Below, piece by piece: positions 26,975 to 36,979 of a DNA stretch of 51,241 nt (the first letter of the stretch is position 1; every line of letters starts with the position of its first letter). The notes beneath the pieces were generated by a model. It had not been told where the DNA came from and did not search any database. It saw only the letters and a list, made by a program, of their open reading frames with translations. This stretch comes from Bradymonadales bacterium (GTDB taxonomy: Bacteria; Bdellovibrionota; UBA2394): the NCBI GenBank assembly GCA_007693605.1, contig REDG01000058.1, positions 1 to 51,241 of the forward strand, written 5' to 3'. The position numbers and the translations under genes are program-made.

Positions 26975-29389
26975 ATGACGATTGAGACACAAGCGAGTAG
27001 CGGAGCTCGAAGCCCCATCAGCGGGGCAGCGTCGTCGGCTGGGGCGACTCATCGGATGCATGTGAGAAAGCGAGACGGAAGTCTCGTTCCTGTCGATGTG
27101 AACAAGATTGTCACGAGGGTCGCGAATTGTGCGGCCGGCCTCGACGATGTGGACCCCATGAGGGTGGCGACCAAGGCCATTAGTGGGCTTTATGATGGAG
27201 CGACCACGGTTGAGCTAGATCGGCTGTGCATTCAGACCGCCTCGCTTTTGACCTTTGAGGAGCCGGAGTACTCCAAACTCGCCGCTCGGCTTCTTGCTGA
27301 GTTTGTGGATGAAGAAGTGGCCACCCAAGGCATTGCGAAATTCTCGCATTCGGTGCTCGCAGGAAATAAGCTTGGCCTTTTGTCCAACGAGGTGACTGCC
27401 TTTGTTTCGGCTCATGCGAGAGAACTCGATCGAGCGATCGATCTCGCAAGAAATGATCTCTTCGAGTATTTTGGCCTGAGAACGGTTTACGACCGCTATC
27501 TTTTGAAGCATCCCGAGACAAGAAATGTCATTGAGAGCCCTCAGTACTTTTTTATGAGAGTGGCCTGCGGGCTTTCAAAAAGCTTTGAAGAAGCCGTCGA
27601 TTACTATCAATTGATCTCGTCTTTAGATTATATGCCGAGTTCACCCACGCTTTTCAATTCGGCGACCCAAAGGCCCCAATTGTCTTCGTGCTATCTTTTG
27701 GACAGTCCGAAGGACGATCTGCAGTCTATTTATCAGAAGTATACCGATGTTGCCCTTCTTTCGAAGTTTGCCGGAGGGATCGGGCTCTCTTATTCTAGGG
27801 TTCGGGCGAGGGGTTCGCTGATCAAGGGAACCAACGGGAAGTCGAATGGAATTGTGCCTTGGCTAAAAACCCTCGATAGTTCGGTGGCTGCGGTCAATCA
27901 AGGGGGGCGCAGAAAGGGCGCGGCTTGTGTTTATCTGGAGACCTGGCATTCCGACATCATGGAGTTTCTGGAGCTTCGTGAGAATACGGGAGACGAGTCT
28001 CAACGAACTTACAATCTGAATCTGGCGCATTGGGTTCCTGATTTGTTTATGAGACGAGTGGATCAAGATGAAGGTTGGTCGCTTTTCGATCCGAAAGAGG
28101 TGCCCCAGTTCGTGGACCTTTACGGGGAAGAGTTTGAGAAGGCCTATATCGAGGCAGAACAGCGGAAACAATACACGCGGCAGATCAAAGCTCGCGATCT
28201 GTATCTTCGAATGATGAAGAGTTTGGCCGAGACGGGCAACGGATGGATGACCTTTAAAGACGCCTCGAACGCCAAGTCCAATCAAACGCTTAGACCGGAA
28301 AATGTGATTCATTTGTCGAATTTGTGTACAGAGATTCTCGAAGTGACCAGTGACCGTGAAACTGCCGTTTGTAATTTAGGGTCCATCAATTTGGCAAGGC
28401 ATGTGGTAAACGGAAAGTTTGACTTCGAGAAGTTGGGTCGAAGCGTTCGAATGGCGATGACCTATTTGGATCGTGTGATTGATATCAATTTCTATCCGAT
28501 CGAAAGTTCTTCAAGTTCAAACAAAAAGTGGAGACCTGTTGGACTTGGTCTGATGGGCCTGCAGGATGTTTTCTTTTTGAAGTCGTTCGCCTTTGACTCG
28601 CCTGAGGCTCAGCAGCTTTCAGCGAAGATTTCAGAGCATATCTATTTTCATGCTCTCAGACAGTCTTGCGATCTAGCGAAGGAGCTTGGCCCTCACGAAA
28701 ACTTTTCAGACACGAGAGCTAGTCAAGGGGTCTTGCAGTTTGACCTGTGGGGGGTCACGCCCTCTGAGGATCTTGCTTGGGACGACTTGCGTGCAGACAT
28801 CAAGAAGTATGGCTTGAGAAACTCTTTGATGATCGCGATCGCTCCCACCGCAACCATCGCTTCCATCGTGGGCGTTTACGAGGCCATTGAGCCCCAGATT
28901 TCAAATCTCTTCAAGCGAGAAACCTTGTCAGGAGAGTTCCTTCAGGTGAATCGTTACTTGGTGTCGGCCCTAAAGGCTCGGGGCCTGTGGACAGATGATG
29001 TCAGAACGAAGCTGAAAATGTTGGAGGGTTCGGTTCAAGAGATCGAAGAGATACCGGAGGATTTAAAGCTGATCTATCGAACGGTTTGGGAGGTTCCGAT
29101 GCGCTCTCTCATTGATATGGCGGCTGCGAGAGGGCCTTATATCGACCAGAGCCAATCTTTGAATCTGTTTATGGAGAGCCCGAATATTGGAAAACTCTCT
29201 TCAATGTATTTCTATGCCTGGAAGAGTGGAATCAAGACCACTTACTATTTGAGATCGAGGCCCGCGACTCGAATCTCGAAAGTGGGGGGAAGCTCGAATG
29301 CAAAAGCAAGTGGCAAGGTACAGGTGAGCGATCAAGAAGCCCTAGCGTGCTCGCTGGAGAACCCAGAAGTTTGCGATTCTTGCCAATAA
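26975..29389 (+). CDS. nrdA: Class I ribonucleotide reductase alpha subunit with ATP cone
   Basis: ATP cone VRKRDG; PSSPTLFN, LSSCYL, SNLCTEI, AVCNLGS, APTATIA, KTTYYLR; C-terminal CDSCQ; SD GGAGG. Confidence 0.97.
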   Translation: MTIETQASSGARSPISGAASSAGATHRMHVRKRDGSLVPVDVNKIVTRVANCAAGLDDVDPMRVATKAISGLYDGATTVELDRLCIQTASLLTFEEPEYSKLAARLLAEFVDEEVATQGIAKFSHSVLAGNKLGLLSNEVTAFVSAHARELDRAIDLARNDLFEYFGLRTVYDRYLLKHPETRNVIESPQYFFMRVACGLSKSFEEAVDYYQLISSLDYMPSSPTLFNSATQRPQLSSCYLLDSPKDDLQSIYQKYTDVALLSKFAGGIGLSYSRVRARGSLIKGTNGKSNGIVPWLKTLDSSVAAVNQGGRRKGAACVYLETWHSDIMEFLELRENTGDESQRTYNLNLAHWVPDLFMRRVDQDEGWSLFDPKEVPQFVDLYGEEFEKAYIEAEQRKQYTRQIKARDLYLRMMKSLAETGNGWMTFKDASNAKSNQTLRPENVIHLSNLCTEILEVTSDRETAVCNLGSINLARHVVNGKFDFEKLGRSVRMAMTYLDRVIDINFYPIESSSSSNKKWRPVGLGLMGLQDVFFLKSFAFDSPEAQQLSAKISEHIYFHALRQSCDLAKELGPHENFSDTRASQGVLQFDLWGVTPSEDLAWDDLRADIKKYGLRNSLMIAIAPTATIASIVGVYEAIEPQISNLFKRETLSGEFLQVNRYLVSALKARGLWTDDVRTKLKMLEGSVQEIEEIPEDLKLIYRTVWEVPMRSLIDMAAARGPYIDQSQSLNLFMESPNIGKLSSMYFYAWKSGIKTTYYLRSRPATRISKVGGSSNAKASGKVQVSDQEALACSLENPEVCDSCQ

Positions 29390-29419
29390 TGTTTAAATGC
29401 TGAGTCAAAGGAGAAATAA

Positions 29420-30418
29420 ATGATTCTAAACCCCGGTCTGAATTTGACCCTTCGACCCATGAAGTATCCCGTCTTCTATGAAATGTATCGAAACGCGATT
29501 AAGAACACTTGGACGGTGGAAGAAGTGGATTTGGGATCAGACCTAAGCGATCTGAGTAGTAAGTTGTCCGATGCGGAGAAACATTTGATCCGCCGGCTGA
29601 TCGCTTTTTTTGCGACGGGCGATTCGATCGTTTCGAACAATCTCATTCTGAATCTGTACAAACACATCAACTCTCCTGAGGCTCGGCTGTATATGTCTCG
29701 ACAGCTTTTTGAGGAGGCGCTTCATGTGCAGTTTTATCTCACGCTTTTGGATACCTATATTCCAGATCACAAAGACCGAGCCGCCGCCTTTTCGGCGATA
29801 GACAACATTGCCTCCATTAAAGCGAAAGCCGATTTCAGTTTTAGGTGGATGGATAGCATTGAAGAGCTAGATCAACTGAATACGAAGGAGGATCGACGAA
29901 AGTTTCTTCTGAATTTGATTTGTTATGCTTGCTGCATTGAGGGGCTCTTTTTCTTTGCTGCATTTGCTTATGTTTACTATCTCCGTTCAAAAGGCCTTTT
30001 GAACGGCTTGGCCACAGGAACCAACTGGGTGTTTCGAGATGAGTCGGCGCATATTGACTATGCGTTTAAGGTCATTGAGATCGTTCGAGAGGAAGAGCCC
30101 GACCTCTGGAGTCCGGCTTTAGAAGCCCAGATTGTGGAAATGATGGACGATGCCATCGAGTGTGAGATGGGCTTTACGGTCGATCTATTGAAAGAAGGGG
30201 TGGCTGGGCTGTCGAGTCGCGACATGAGAAGTTATCTTCAGTTCACCGCAGATAGACGATTTGAGAGCTTGGGAATGGCCGCAAAGTATGGCTCCAAGAA
30301 TCCATTTGATTTTATGGAGCTTCAGGACGCTCAAGAACTCGCAAACTTCTTCGAGAGGCGAGTTTCCGCCTACCAAGTGGGGGTGACCGGGGAAGTTCGG
30401 TTCGACGAAAGCTTCTAA
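29420..30418 (+). CDS. nrdB: Class I ribonucleotide reductase beta subunit
   Basis: FFATGD, EEALHVQFY (radical Tyr retained), IEGLFF, RDESAH, NFFERRVSAY. Confidence 0.96.
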   Translation: MILNPGLNLTLRPMKYPVFYEMYRNAIKNTWTVEEVDLGSDLSDLSSKLSDAEKHLIRRLIAFFATGDSIVSNNLILNLYKHINSPEARLYMSRQLFEEALHVQFYLTLLDTYIPDHKDRAAAFSAIDNIASIKAKADFSFRWMDSIEELDQLNTKEDRRKFLLNLICYACCIEGLFFFAAFAYVYYLRSKGLLNGLATGTNWVFRDESAHIDYAFKVIEIVREEEPDLWSPALEAQIVEMMDDAIECEMGFTVDLLKEGVAGLSSRDMRSYLQFTADRRFESLGMAAKYGSKNPFDFMELQDAQELANFFERRVSAYQVGVTGEVRFDESF

Positions 30419-30419
30419 A

Positions 30420-30834
30420 GGGAGTGTCGCTAAAGGCCCATCTGCTTCGTCGGCTGCGTCGCTGCGCTTCTCGAGTGGCATTTTAACCACACTGCGATGC
30501 TCGCTCCTGGTGGTCCAACCGATAAATTTTTTCATGTTGTGAATCAAGCTTTTGCTTCGAATCAAGGCGCGAGGGTGGGATCAGGTTGGGTACCTATGCC
30601 ATCCCGAGCAACGCTGAGTCGGGGCAAAAGCTTGATTCCCTTCGGGCTGGGCCCTTTTGAGCCGCTGCGGCGTTGTCGCTCGTTGCATATGTCCAATATG
30701 CGCCTCGCTGCCGCCTTGCATCGCCTCAAACTGGCCTCAGCACAACACGGAAACAATTTACCGGTTGGACCACTAACCTTCTCGCATCTGGACCCTTATC
30801 GCCACTCCCGAATCGAGGGTTTTGTGACAGTCCC
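30420..30834. mobile_element. Family A element (inverted relative to 1636-1784), interrupted by a nested element
   Basis: 30420-30508 and 30777-30834 match the reverse complement of 1636-1784 with few mismatches; 266 extra bases lie between them. Confidence 0.85.
30510..30773. mobile_element. 264-bp MITE-like element, family B, ~32-bp imperfect TIRs and TA-type duplication
   Basis: Left GTGGTCCAACCGATAAATTTTTTCATGTTGTG; right CACAACACGGAAACAATTTACCGGTTGGACCAC; flanks TG and TA; two long internal hairpins. Confidence 0.8.
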
Positions 30835-30842
30835 CTGAGGTC

Positions 30843-32117
30843 CTATTCTAGTTTGGATTCGATTTCTAGCTTTGAAGAAAACTCTTCGGCAGTCAGTTGC
30901 CTTGGAATTTGATCAAGACCGTCGAGTTTTGGAATTTCGCCCTCGTTCCCAATCAGTCGTTGGTCTCTCATTTTTCGAGCGGTCACCAAGACTCGAGACT
31001 CAACATTTCCCACCACCAGGTTGTAGGAGTCTACGGACTGCTTGAGGTTCCTTCCGAGTTTTTGAAGGTGGCCGCCAAGATCGGCCACTCGCTTGTAAAG
31101 GTCCTGCCCGAGCTGACCTAGTGACTTCACATTCTCCGTTAGGCTCTCTTGCTGCCAGCCGTACGAGACAGCTCTCAAAAGGGCAATGAGAGTCGTTGGC
31201 GTTGCCAAGATGACATTCTGGGCGACCCCGGCCTCAATGAGGCTCGGATCTTGTTCGAGAGCCGCTCCAAACAAAGACTCTCCTGGCAAAAACAGAATCA
31301 CAAACTCCGGTGAGGGTTGAAACTGAGACCAATAGGACTTTCGACTCAGGTCTTCAATATGTTTGCGAACATGTCGGGCATGATCCTTCAGCTTTTGTAG
31401 GCGTTTTTCTGGGTCTGAGGATTCGAGGGCTTCAAGATAAGAGGCGAGGGGGGTTTTGGCGTCGACCACCACTTTTTTTCCGCCTGGCAAGTGAACCACC
31501 AGGTCTGGCCGCAAGCGTCCGGTCTCATGATTTTCCGAACTTTGAGTCACAAAGTCGCAATGGTCCAACATTCCTGCCATTTCAACGACTCTCTTCAATT
31601 GCATCTCGCCCCAGCGACCTCGGGTTTGAGGGGTTCGAAGTGCGGCCACAAGACTTGAGGTCTCTGTTCGCAGCTCTTGGTGAGTTGACTGCAGCAATTC
31701 CAGATTTTTCAAAAGAGAAGACTCCGACTGGATTCGAGACTTTTCAATCTCCTGAATTTTTGAATCCACTCGATCGAGGCTCTCCTTTACGGGCTTCACG
31801 AGTTCTTGGATGCTATTTTTCTTTTCATTGAGTTGAGAAACAGATCGCTCTTGAAAGCTCTCAAACTGGGTCTTGGCCAGTGTGAGAAAGGCCTCGTTGT
31901 TATTTTCGAGAGCCTTTGACGAGAGGCTGCGAAAGCTGTCTTCAAGGCTGGACTTCGCTTCTTGTAAAATCTTTAGTCTCTCTTCTCCGAGCTTTCTTTC
32001 ACTTTCAATCTGTAGTTCTAGGCTCTGGCGTTTGGCTCGAGTCCACAAGAATGTGACAAGTCCACCCACAACAGCCCCCAAGCCTCCCCACAGAAAGCTA
32101 ATCATCCATAGATTCAT
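30843..32117 (-). CDS. rmuC: DNA recombination protein RmuC
   Basis: N-terminal TM and coiled coil; RGRWGEMQL, LRPD, VVDAKTP, EFVILFLPGE, ATPTTLIALL. Confidence 0.95.
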   Translation of the reverse strand: MNLWMISFLWGGLGAVVGGLVTFLWTRAKRQSLELQIESERKLGEERLKILQEAKSSLEDSFRSLSSKALENNNEAFLTLAKTQFESFQERSVSQLNEKKNSIQELVKPVKESLDRVDSKIQEIEKSRIQSESSLLKNLELLQSTHQELRTETSSLVAALRTPQTRGRWGEMQLKRVVEMAGMLDHCDFVTQSSENHETGRLRPDLVVHLPGGKKVVVDAKTPLASYLEALESSDPEKRLQKLKDHARHVRKHIEDLSRKSYWSQFQPSPEFVILFLPGESLFGAALEQDPSLIEAGVAQNVILATPTTLIALLRAVSYGWQQESLTENVKSLGQLGQDLYKRVADLGGHLQKLGRNLKQSVDSYNLVVGNVESRVLVTARKMRDQRLIGNEGEIPKLDGLDQIPRQLTAEEFSSKLEIESKLE

Positions 32118-32137
32118 ACTCGTCCCCTTTCAGGTCC

Positions 32138-33307
32138 TCAGGTCAGTCCTTGAATTTTTAGCTCACGGCTTAAGGCATCAAGATAGCCTCGGTTGTCGAG
32201 TGCTGTTTCAAGCGCTCTTACACCCGGTTTCACTCGTCCAAAGGCTTGTTCAATCAAGACTTGCGCTGCCGGAAATCCTGTCGTCCTCTCCATCGCGCTA
32301 AACTCGGTTTTCTCGTCGTGAAAGTCGATCAGTTCATATCGAAACTTCAAAGATCTTCCCTCGTTCTTTCCGGCGATATCCGCCCGAAGAACGACCAGAT
32401 CTCGATCTTTCGGAAAGTCTAAGGCGGAGCTAGCCAGGCTGTGAAAAACTTCGCGAGGGACCACGCTGGCCCCCGATTCTAACGGAATGCTCTCTTCACT
32501 GAGAAAACCCAAGTCTTTCAAGACCTTCATCTTCTCGAAGTGCCCAGGATAACGGACGGTTTTATAATCGAAATTTTTGACGCGGCCCTCGAATGTCCAA
32601 GGGCAAGTCGAGCTCCCCCCCGAGGTGACGAAGGCTTCACAGAACCCCACGGGAGCCTGAAACTCCAACTTCTCAAGCTCTTGAAAAGTTTCAATCTCCT
32701 GTCTCTTTCCATCTCGAATGAGTTGGGCCTGACCAAAGTACTCATTGGTGAGTCCCCGAATGCTAAAAACGAGTTTGTAGTCCAAGGGGGGGCGAGGCGT
32801 TTGAGGGAGCCCGCCGCAGCGAAGCTTTACTGAATCGACTTCGCTGAGCTGTTCAATGCCGTAAGAAGCCAGAGTGTTTGCCAATCCGGGCGCCAGTCCA
32901 CAGTCTGGTACCACGGAGACGCCAGCGGCTCCTGCCGCCTCGTGAAGCTTTAGCTGCTGAAGCACCACCGCGGTGTTGCCGCCCAAATCATTCATCGATG
33001 TTTGGCTTTCAATCGCAACTTTTGTGATCTCAAGATTTAGGGAGTAGTCGATCGCGCTCATGACTGCATCCAGGTCTTTAAGGGCGGTGGCCAGAGCCCG
33101 ACGGTCTTTTGCGTCTAGGATCTGAGTTTCAAAAATCTCTCTGCCCAGCAGTCGATTCAAGCGCTCTTTGGCCTTTTGCAGCTTCTCGCCTTCGCGATCC
33201 ATCAGAAGAATGCGACTCGCCTGCCCATGCTTTGCAAGATAGTAAGCGGCAGCCAGACCTTGCATGCCCGCTCCCAAAATTCCGTATTGAAATGATTTTT
33301 GCATCAA
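32138..33307 (-). CDS. Saccharopine dehydrogenase family (lysine 6-dehydrogenase-like)
   Basis: ILGAGMQG, DLGGN, PDCGLAPG, CGGLP, YKTVRYPGH, AMERTTGF. Confidence 0.88.
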   Translation of the reverse strand: MMQKSFQYGILGAGMQGLAAAYYLAKHGQASRILLMDREGEKLQKAKERLNRLLGREIFETQILDAKDRRALATALKDLDAVMSAIDYSLNLEITKVAIESQTSMNDLGGNTAVVLQQLKLHEAAGAAGVSVVPDCGLAPGLANTLASYGIEQLSEVDSVKLRCGGLPQTPRPPLDYKLVFSIRGLTNEYFGQAQLIRDGKRQEIETFQELEKLEFQAPVGFCEAFVTSGGSSTCPWTFEGRVKNFDYKTVRYPGHFEKMKVLKDLGFLSEESIPLESGASVVPREVFHSLASSALDFPKDRDLVVLRADIAGKNEGRSLKFRYELIDFHDEKTEFSAMERTTGFPAAQVLIEQAFGRVKPGVRALETALDNRGYLDALSRELKIQGLT

Positions 33308-34188
33308 GCACTTCTCAAGGAATCCTCGGCCTCCAGTCGCTCACCAATGCGAATTACCGCTTCGTAGACCTCATCAATCACCCAGTGCGGTGTGGAAGTG
33401 CCTGCTGTAATGCCGACATGCTCTCTGCCTCGGAACCACTCTGGATCAATCTGCTGAGCGTTCTCGATATGATAGGCGGCCAGACCTTTGTCTGCGCAGA
33501 CCTTTTGAAGTTTTTTCGTATTGCTTGAATTGTAACCTCCCACCACAATCATCAAGTCGACTTCGTCAGATAGGGACTCAACCGCTTTCTGCCGATCTTT
33601 GGTGGGTTTACAGATCGTGTCCACAAACTTCACTTCCTTTAAACTGCCGTCCTTGTTTTTCAAAGACTTCAACTGTTCGACCAAGGGAAAAACATGTTTG
33701 ATCTGCTGAGTCGTTTGAGAGACCACACCGATTCTTGGCCTGTCCTCTAGTTTATGAAAGTCCTTCTCATCCCAGATGACGGTATACTCCTCTAGATCAG
33801 AGACGATTCCTCTGACTTCAACATGAGACTCTTGTCCGATCACGACGGGATAATAACCTTCTTCGACCAGTTTCGTGATGGCTCGGTGAACTCGCATGAC
33901 CAGAGGGCAGGTCGCATCGTAAACCTTATAGCCCAGGGTCTTTGCTTTCTCGTGCACACTTTTAGCTGCTCCGTGGGCGGTAATCATCACATTGGGAGTG
34001 TTAATCGGATCATCCAAGCTGTTCACGATCTTGACCCCGTTTTCCTTCAGCCTTTCCACGACCTGTGGGTTGTGAACGAGCTGGCCAATCACGGTTAGAT
34101 TTCCTTTGAAATCTGGGTCCATGGCCTCTTCAATTGCGTCCCTGACACCAAAACAAGTTCCTAAAGCATCTGCTTTTGTGACCTTCAT
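33304..34188 (-). CDS. ispH: 4-hydroxy-3-methylbut-2-enyl diphosphate reductase
   Basis: GTCFGV, LVHNPQV, DATCPLV, SQTT, DTICKPT, SSNT, GITAGTSTP. Confidence 0.96.
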   Translation of the reverse strand: MKVTKADALGTCFGVRDAIEEAMDPDFKGNLTVIGQLVHNPQVVERLKENGVKIVNSLDDPINTPNVMITAHGAAKSVHEKAKTLGYKVYDATCPLVMRVHRAITKLVEEGYYPVVIGQESHVEVRGIVSDLEEYTVIWDEKDFHKLEDRPRIGVVSQTTQQIKHVFPLVEQLKSLKNKDGSLKEVKFVDTICKPTKDRQKAVESLSDEVDLMIVVGGYNSSNTKKLQKVCADKGLAAYHIENAQQIDPEWFRGREHVGITAGTSTPHWVIDEVYEAVIRIGERLEAEDSLRSA

Positions 34189-34206
34189 ATGCCCCCTTTT
34201 TAACAC

Positions 34207-34968
34207 TCATTTGCTCTTCGATGCGAGCCTCGAAAGTCTCGAGTTTTTGGCCCTTTCGGCTCGATTGCGCTTAGCGACAAGTTTGGTGCTGGGAGGCCCG
34301 ATTTTCGGTCTCGCAGGCTTTAACCTCCCCTTCAGGCCATTTCGAGGGCATAGATCGAGAAGGAAGCAGTCCTGACATTGGGGTTGACGCGCCTTGCAGA
34401 CTTGGCGCCCGTGGGTGATCAGCCAGTGAGAGTAGAGCCGCCACTTTCCGATCGGAACTTTAGAGTTCAAATCGGCCTCAATCTTTTCGGGCTCCCGTTG
34501 TCGGGTGAAGCCCAAAAGTCTAGAGAGTCGTTTGACATGAGTATCGACCACAATGCCGGCAGGCCGTCCGTAAATTTCACCTAAGATGACATTGGCGGTC
34601 TTTCTTCCAATTCCTCTGAGCTGTGTTAGATCTTCGATTCTGTCGGGAACTTGGCCCTCGAACTTTTCTACAAGCTCTCGGCTGGTTTCTCGAAGGCTCT
34701 TCGCCTTCTGTCGATAAAAGCCACAAGAGTGAATGAGACCTTCGATCTCGCTCAGTGTGGCGGAGGCCATTGCTTGCGGATCTGGCAGTCTTTCAAAAAG
34801 GAGAGGAGTGGTTTTGTTCACGCGCTCATCGGTGCACTGAGCAGAAAGAATCGTGGCGACCATAAGTTCAAAGGCATTGCGATGCCGAAGTGCACAGTGG
34901 GCGTCTGGGTACTGGGCTTCCAGTCGGCGAAGCACTTTCAGCAGTCTAGACTTAAACTCGGGCTTCAC
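34207..34968 (-). CDS. nth: Endonuclease III with basic C-terminal tail
   Basis: LSAQCTDERVN, GIGRKTANV, VDTHVKR, C-x6-C-x2-C-x5-C Fe-S motif. Confidence 0.95.
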   Translation of the reverse strand: MKPEFKSRLLKVLRRLEAQYPDAHCALRHRNAFELMVATILSAQCTDERVNKTTPLLFERLPDPQAMASATLSEIEGLIHSCGFYRQKAKSLRETSRELVEKFEGQVPDRIEDLTQLRGIGRKTANVILGEIYGRPAGIVVDTHVKRLSRLLGFTRQREPEKIEADLNSKVPIGKWRLYSHWLITHGRQVCKARQPQCQDCFLLDLCPRNGLKGRLKPARPKIGPPSTKLVAKRNRAERAKNSRLSRLASKSK

Positions 34969-36655
34969 GAAAAAACTCCTCTAGCTTTGCTAGACTCCAA
35001 GTGTTGATGATTTGGCTTGGAGGTACCAAGGCCTTTCGGGCCATCCAAATACCGTAGTCGAGGTCGTCCAAGGCCTCAATCGAATGAGCATCGGGATTGA
35101 TCGAAATCAAAAGACCCTGGCGACAGGCATCAAAGCAGTCTCGCCAATCGAGATCCAATCGATGCGGATTGGCATTCAATTCGATCACCACTTTAGATTC
35201 TATCGATTCACGAAAGACCCGCTCTTTATCAAAGGCGTATGCCTCACGAGACAAAAGAAGACGACCAGAAAGATGCCCAAGCATTCGCGTATAGGGATTC
35301 TTTAGGGCCTTCAATAGTCGATCGGTCATGTCTTTTTGTCCGTATCGTTGATGAATGGACGCGATGACGAAGTCAAATCCCTTCAAGACTTCCTTGGGAT
35401 AGTCTAGATTCCCGTCTTTCAGAATGTCACTCTCGATGCCTTTGAGAATTTTCAGCTCCTTGTTTTGTCGGTTCCACTGGTCGATCTCTGTCCATTGATC
35501 CTGCAGTCGCTTGCGCTCCAGACCCTGAGCGTAGACGGCCGTCTTGGAATGTTCAGAAATGCCCAGGTACTTCCAGCCTCGCTCCTTACAGGCTTGAGCC
35601 ATCTCGGCTAGAGAATGGCGGCCATCTGAGTAAAGGCTGTGCGCGTGAAAGACTCCTTGAATCTCACTTCTTTCAACGAGTTTGGGCCGAAGCTCTGGGA
35701 ACTCTCTGGCTTCAGCCGGTGCATAATCCAGCTCAAGCTGAGAGTAGAGCTCGCGATCGGACTTCAGATCGAGCCTCTTTGAGCCTCGGGTCAAGGCTCT
35801 TGGGCTGAGTTCCAGGCTCCTTGCCTTTGCCCGGCCCTTCAAAAACTCCCAGTGACTTCGACTTGAGCTGAGAAAGACAGAAGCCACTGAGAACTCTTCC
35901 GCTTCGCAGAACCAAAATCGAAGCTTCTGCGCTTCGGGGGTTTGAATATCACAGAAACGAAATTCGCTCGAGTCCGCTTCTCTCTTCTGTTGGGTCTCTA
36001 GGCCTAACTTGCTCAGCCAGTTTGGCTTGGAGCGCGAATTCTTTTCGTAGGCAAAGAGATAGTCCAGTTGATCCATGGTCTCTTTCTTTGCGCCGAGAGC
36101 GCCAACGGCAACCCAAACTCGGTTCTTCGGAAACTTTTTCTCAAGGCGGGCGGCCACCTGAAGCGAGTCGGACAAGAGGCTGAAGCCCTGATGTTTTTTC
36201 AGCAACAAAATCTCGCTGAGGACTTTGCTTTGAGTCTTCTCTCCAAATCCGGGCAGTGAAAGCAATCGGTTCTCGTTGCAGGCATATTCCAGCTCCCCGA
36301 CGCTCTGAATTTGTAGGGTCTCAAACAGGACTCGAATTTTTTTGGCCCCCAAGCCCTTGATTTGTCTTAGTTCGTAAAGACTTTTTGGGTAGATCTTCCA
36401 CAGGGCTTCAAGTTCTGAGCTTGATTGTCGCTCTTTGAATTCTTGAATCACTTGAGCGATGCCCTTGCCAATGCCCTTCAACTCCGTCCAGTTCTCTTCT
36501 TCCCAATGCTCCTGAAAATCGCTCTCTGAGAGCTCTCCAATCAGCTCTTGAACTTTCGCATAAGCCCTTATTTTGAATGGGTTTTCGTGATGGAGCTCGC
36601 TAAAGAACTCTAGCTGTTGAAGGAGGTCTTTCAGGGCGCGCTGATGGGGGTTCAT
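34952..36655 (-). CDS. polX: PolX-PHP family protein with degenerate polymerase site
   Basis: ENPFKIRAY, HhH motifs (GIGKG, GLGAKK, GFGEKT); PHP motifs HAHSLYSDG, SEH, GIESDI, INPDAH. Confidence 0.88.
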   Translation of the reverse strand: MNPHQRALKDLLQQLEFFSELHHENPFKIRAYAKVQELIGELSESDFQEHWEEENWTELKGIGKGIAQVIQEFKERQSSSELEALWKIYPKSLYELRQIKGLGAKKIRVLFETLQIQSVGELEYACNENRLLSLPGFGEKTQSKVLSEILLLKKHQGFSLLSDSLQVAARLEKKFPKNRVWVAVGALGAKKETMDQLDYLFAYEKNSRSKPNWLSKLGLETQQKREADSSEFRFCDIQTPEAQKLRFWFCEAEEFSVASVFLSSSRSHWEFLKGRAKARSLELSPRALTRGSKRLDLKSDRELYSQLELDYAPAEAREFPELRPKLVERSEIQGVFHAHSLYSDGRHSLAEMAQACKERGWKYLGISEHSKTAVYAQGLERKRLQDQWTEIDQWNRQNKELKILKGIESDILKDGNLDYPKEVLKGFDFVIASIHQRYGQKDMTDRLLKALKNPYTRMLGHLSGRLLLSREAYAFDKERVFRESIESKVVIELNANPHRLDLDWRDCFDACRQGLLISINPDAHSIEALDDLDYGIWMARKALVPPSQIINTWSLAKLEEFFREARV

Positions 36656-36715
36656 GAGGGGGCAATCTACTCAGCGATTTCTGGACGGGCTAGAGAAATT
36701 CGCTTATGAGGGGAT

Positions 36716-36979
36716 ATGTCAAAAAAGTCTGAAAAGAAGCTCCCAGAGAGGTTAGAAGAGGCCTTAGAGGAGCTTGAAGCGGTGGTCGAGAAGCTGGAGT
36801 CGCCGGAGATGCCGTTAGAGGATTCGCTTAGCCTTTTTGAGCGCGGGAGTCAGCTTTCGAAGATCTGCTTTGATAAACTTCAAGAGGCCGAGAGGAAAGT
36901 AGAGATTTTGTTGAAGAAAGTGCCCCAACCTCAGGCTCGCTCTGATTTTGAAGTCCAGAATTTTCAAGAGGTCGAGTGA
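36716..36979 (+). CDS. xseB: Exodeoxyribonuclease VII small subunit
   Basis: EEALEELEAVVEKLE...LEDSLSLFERG...LQEAERKV; conserved xseB-ispA-dxs order. Confidence 0.95.
   Translation: MSKKSEKKLPERLEEALEELEAVVEKLESPEMPLEDSLSLFERGSQLSKICFDKLQEAERKVEILLKKVPQPQARSDFEVQNFQEVE

Noticed and set aside
30497..30912. ORFs 30497-30838, 30562-30756 and 30673-30912
   Set aside because: They lie in the nested palindromic elements and show no transposase or other protein motif.
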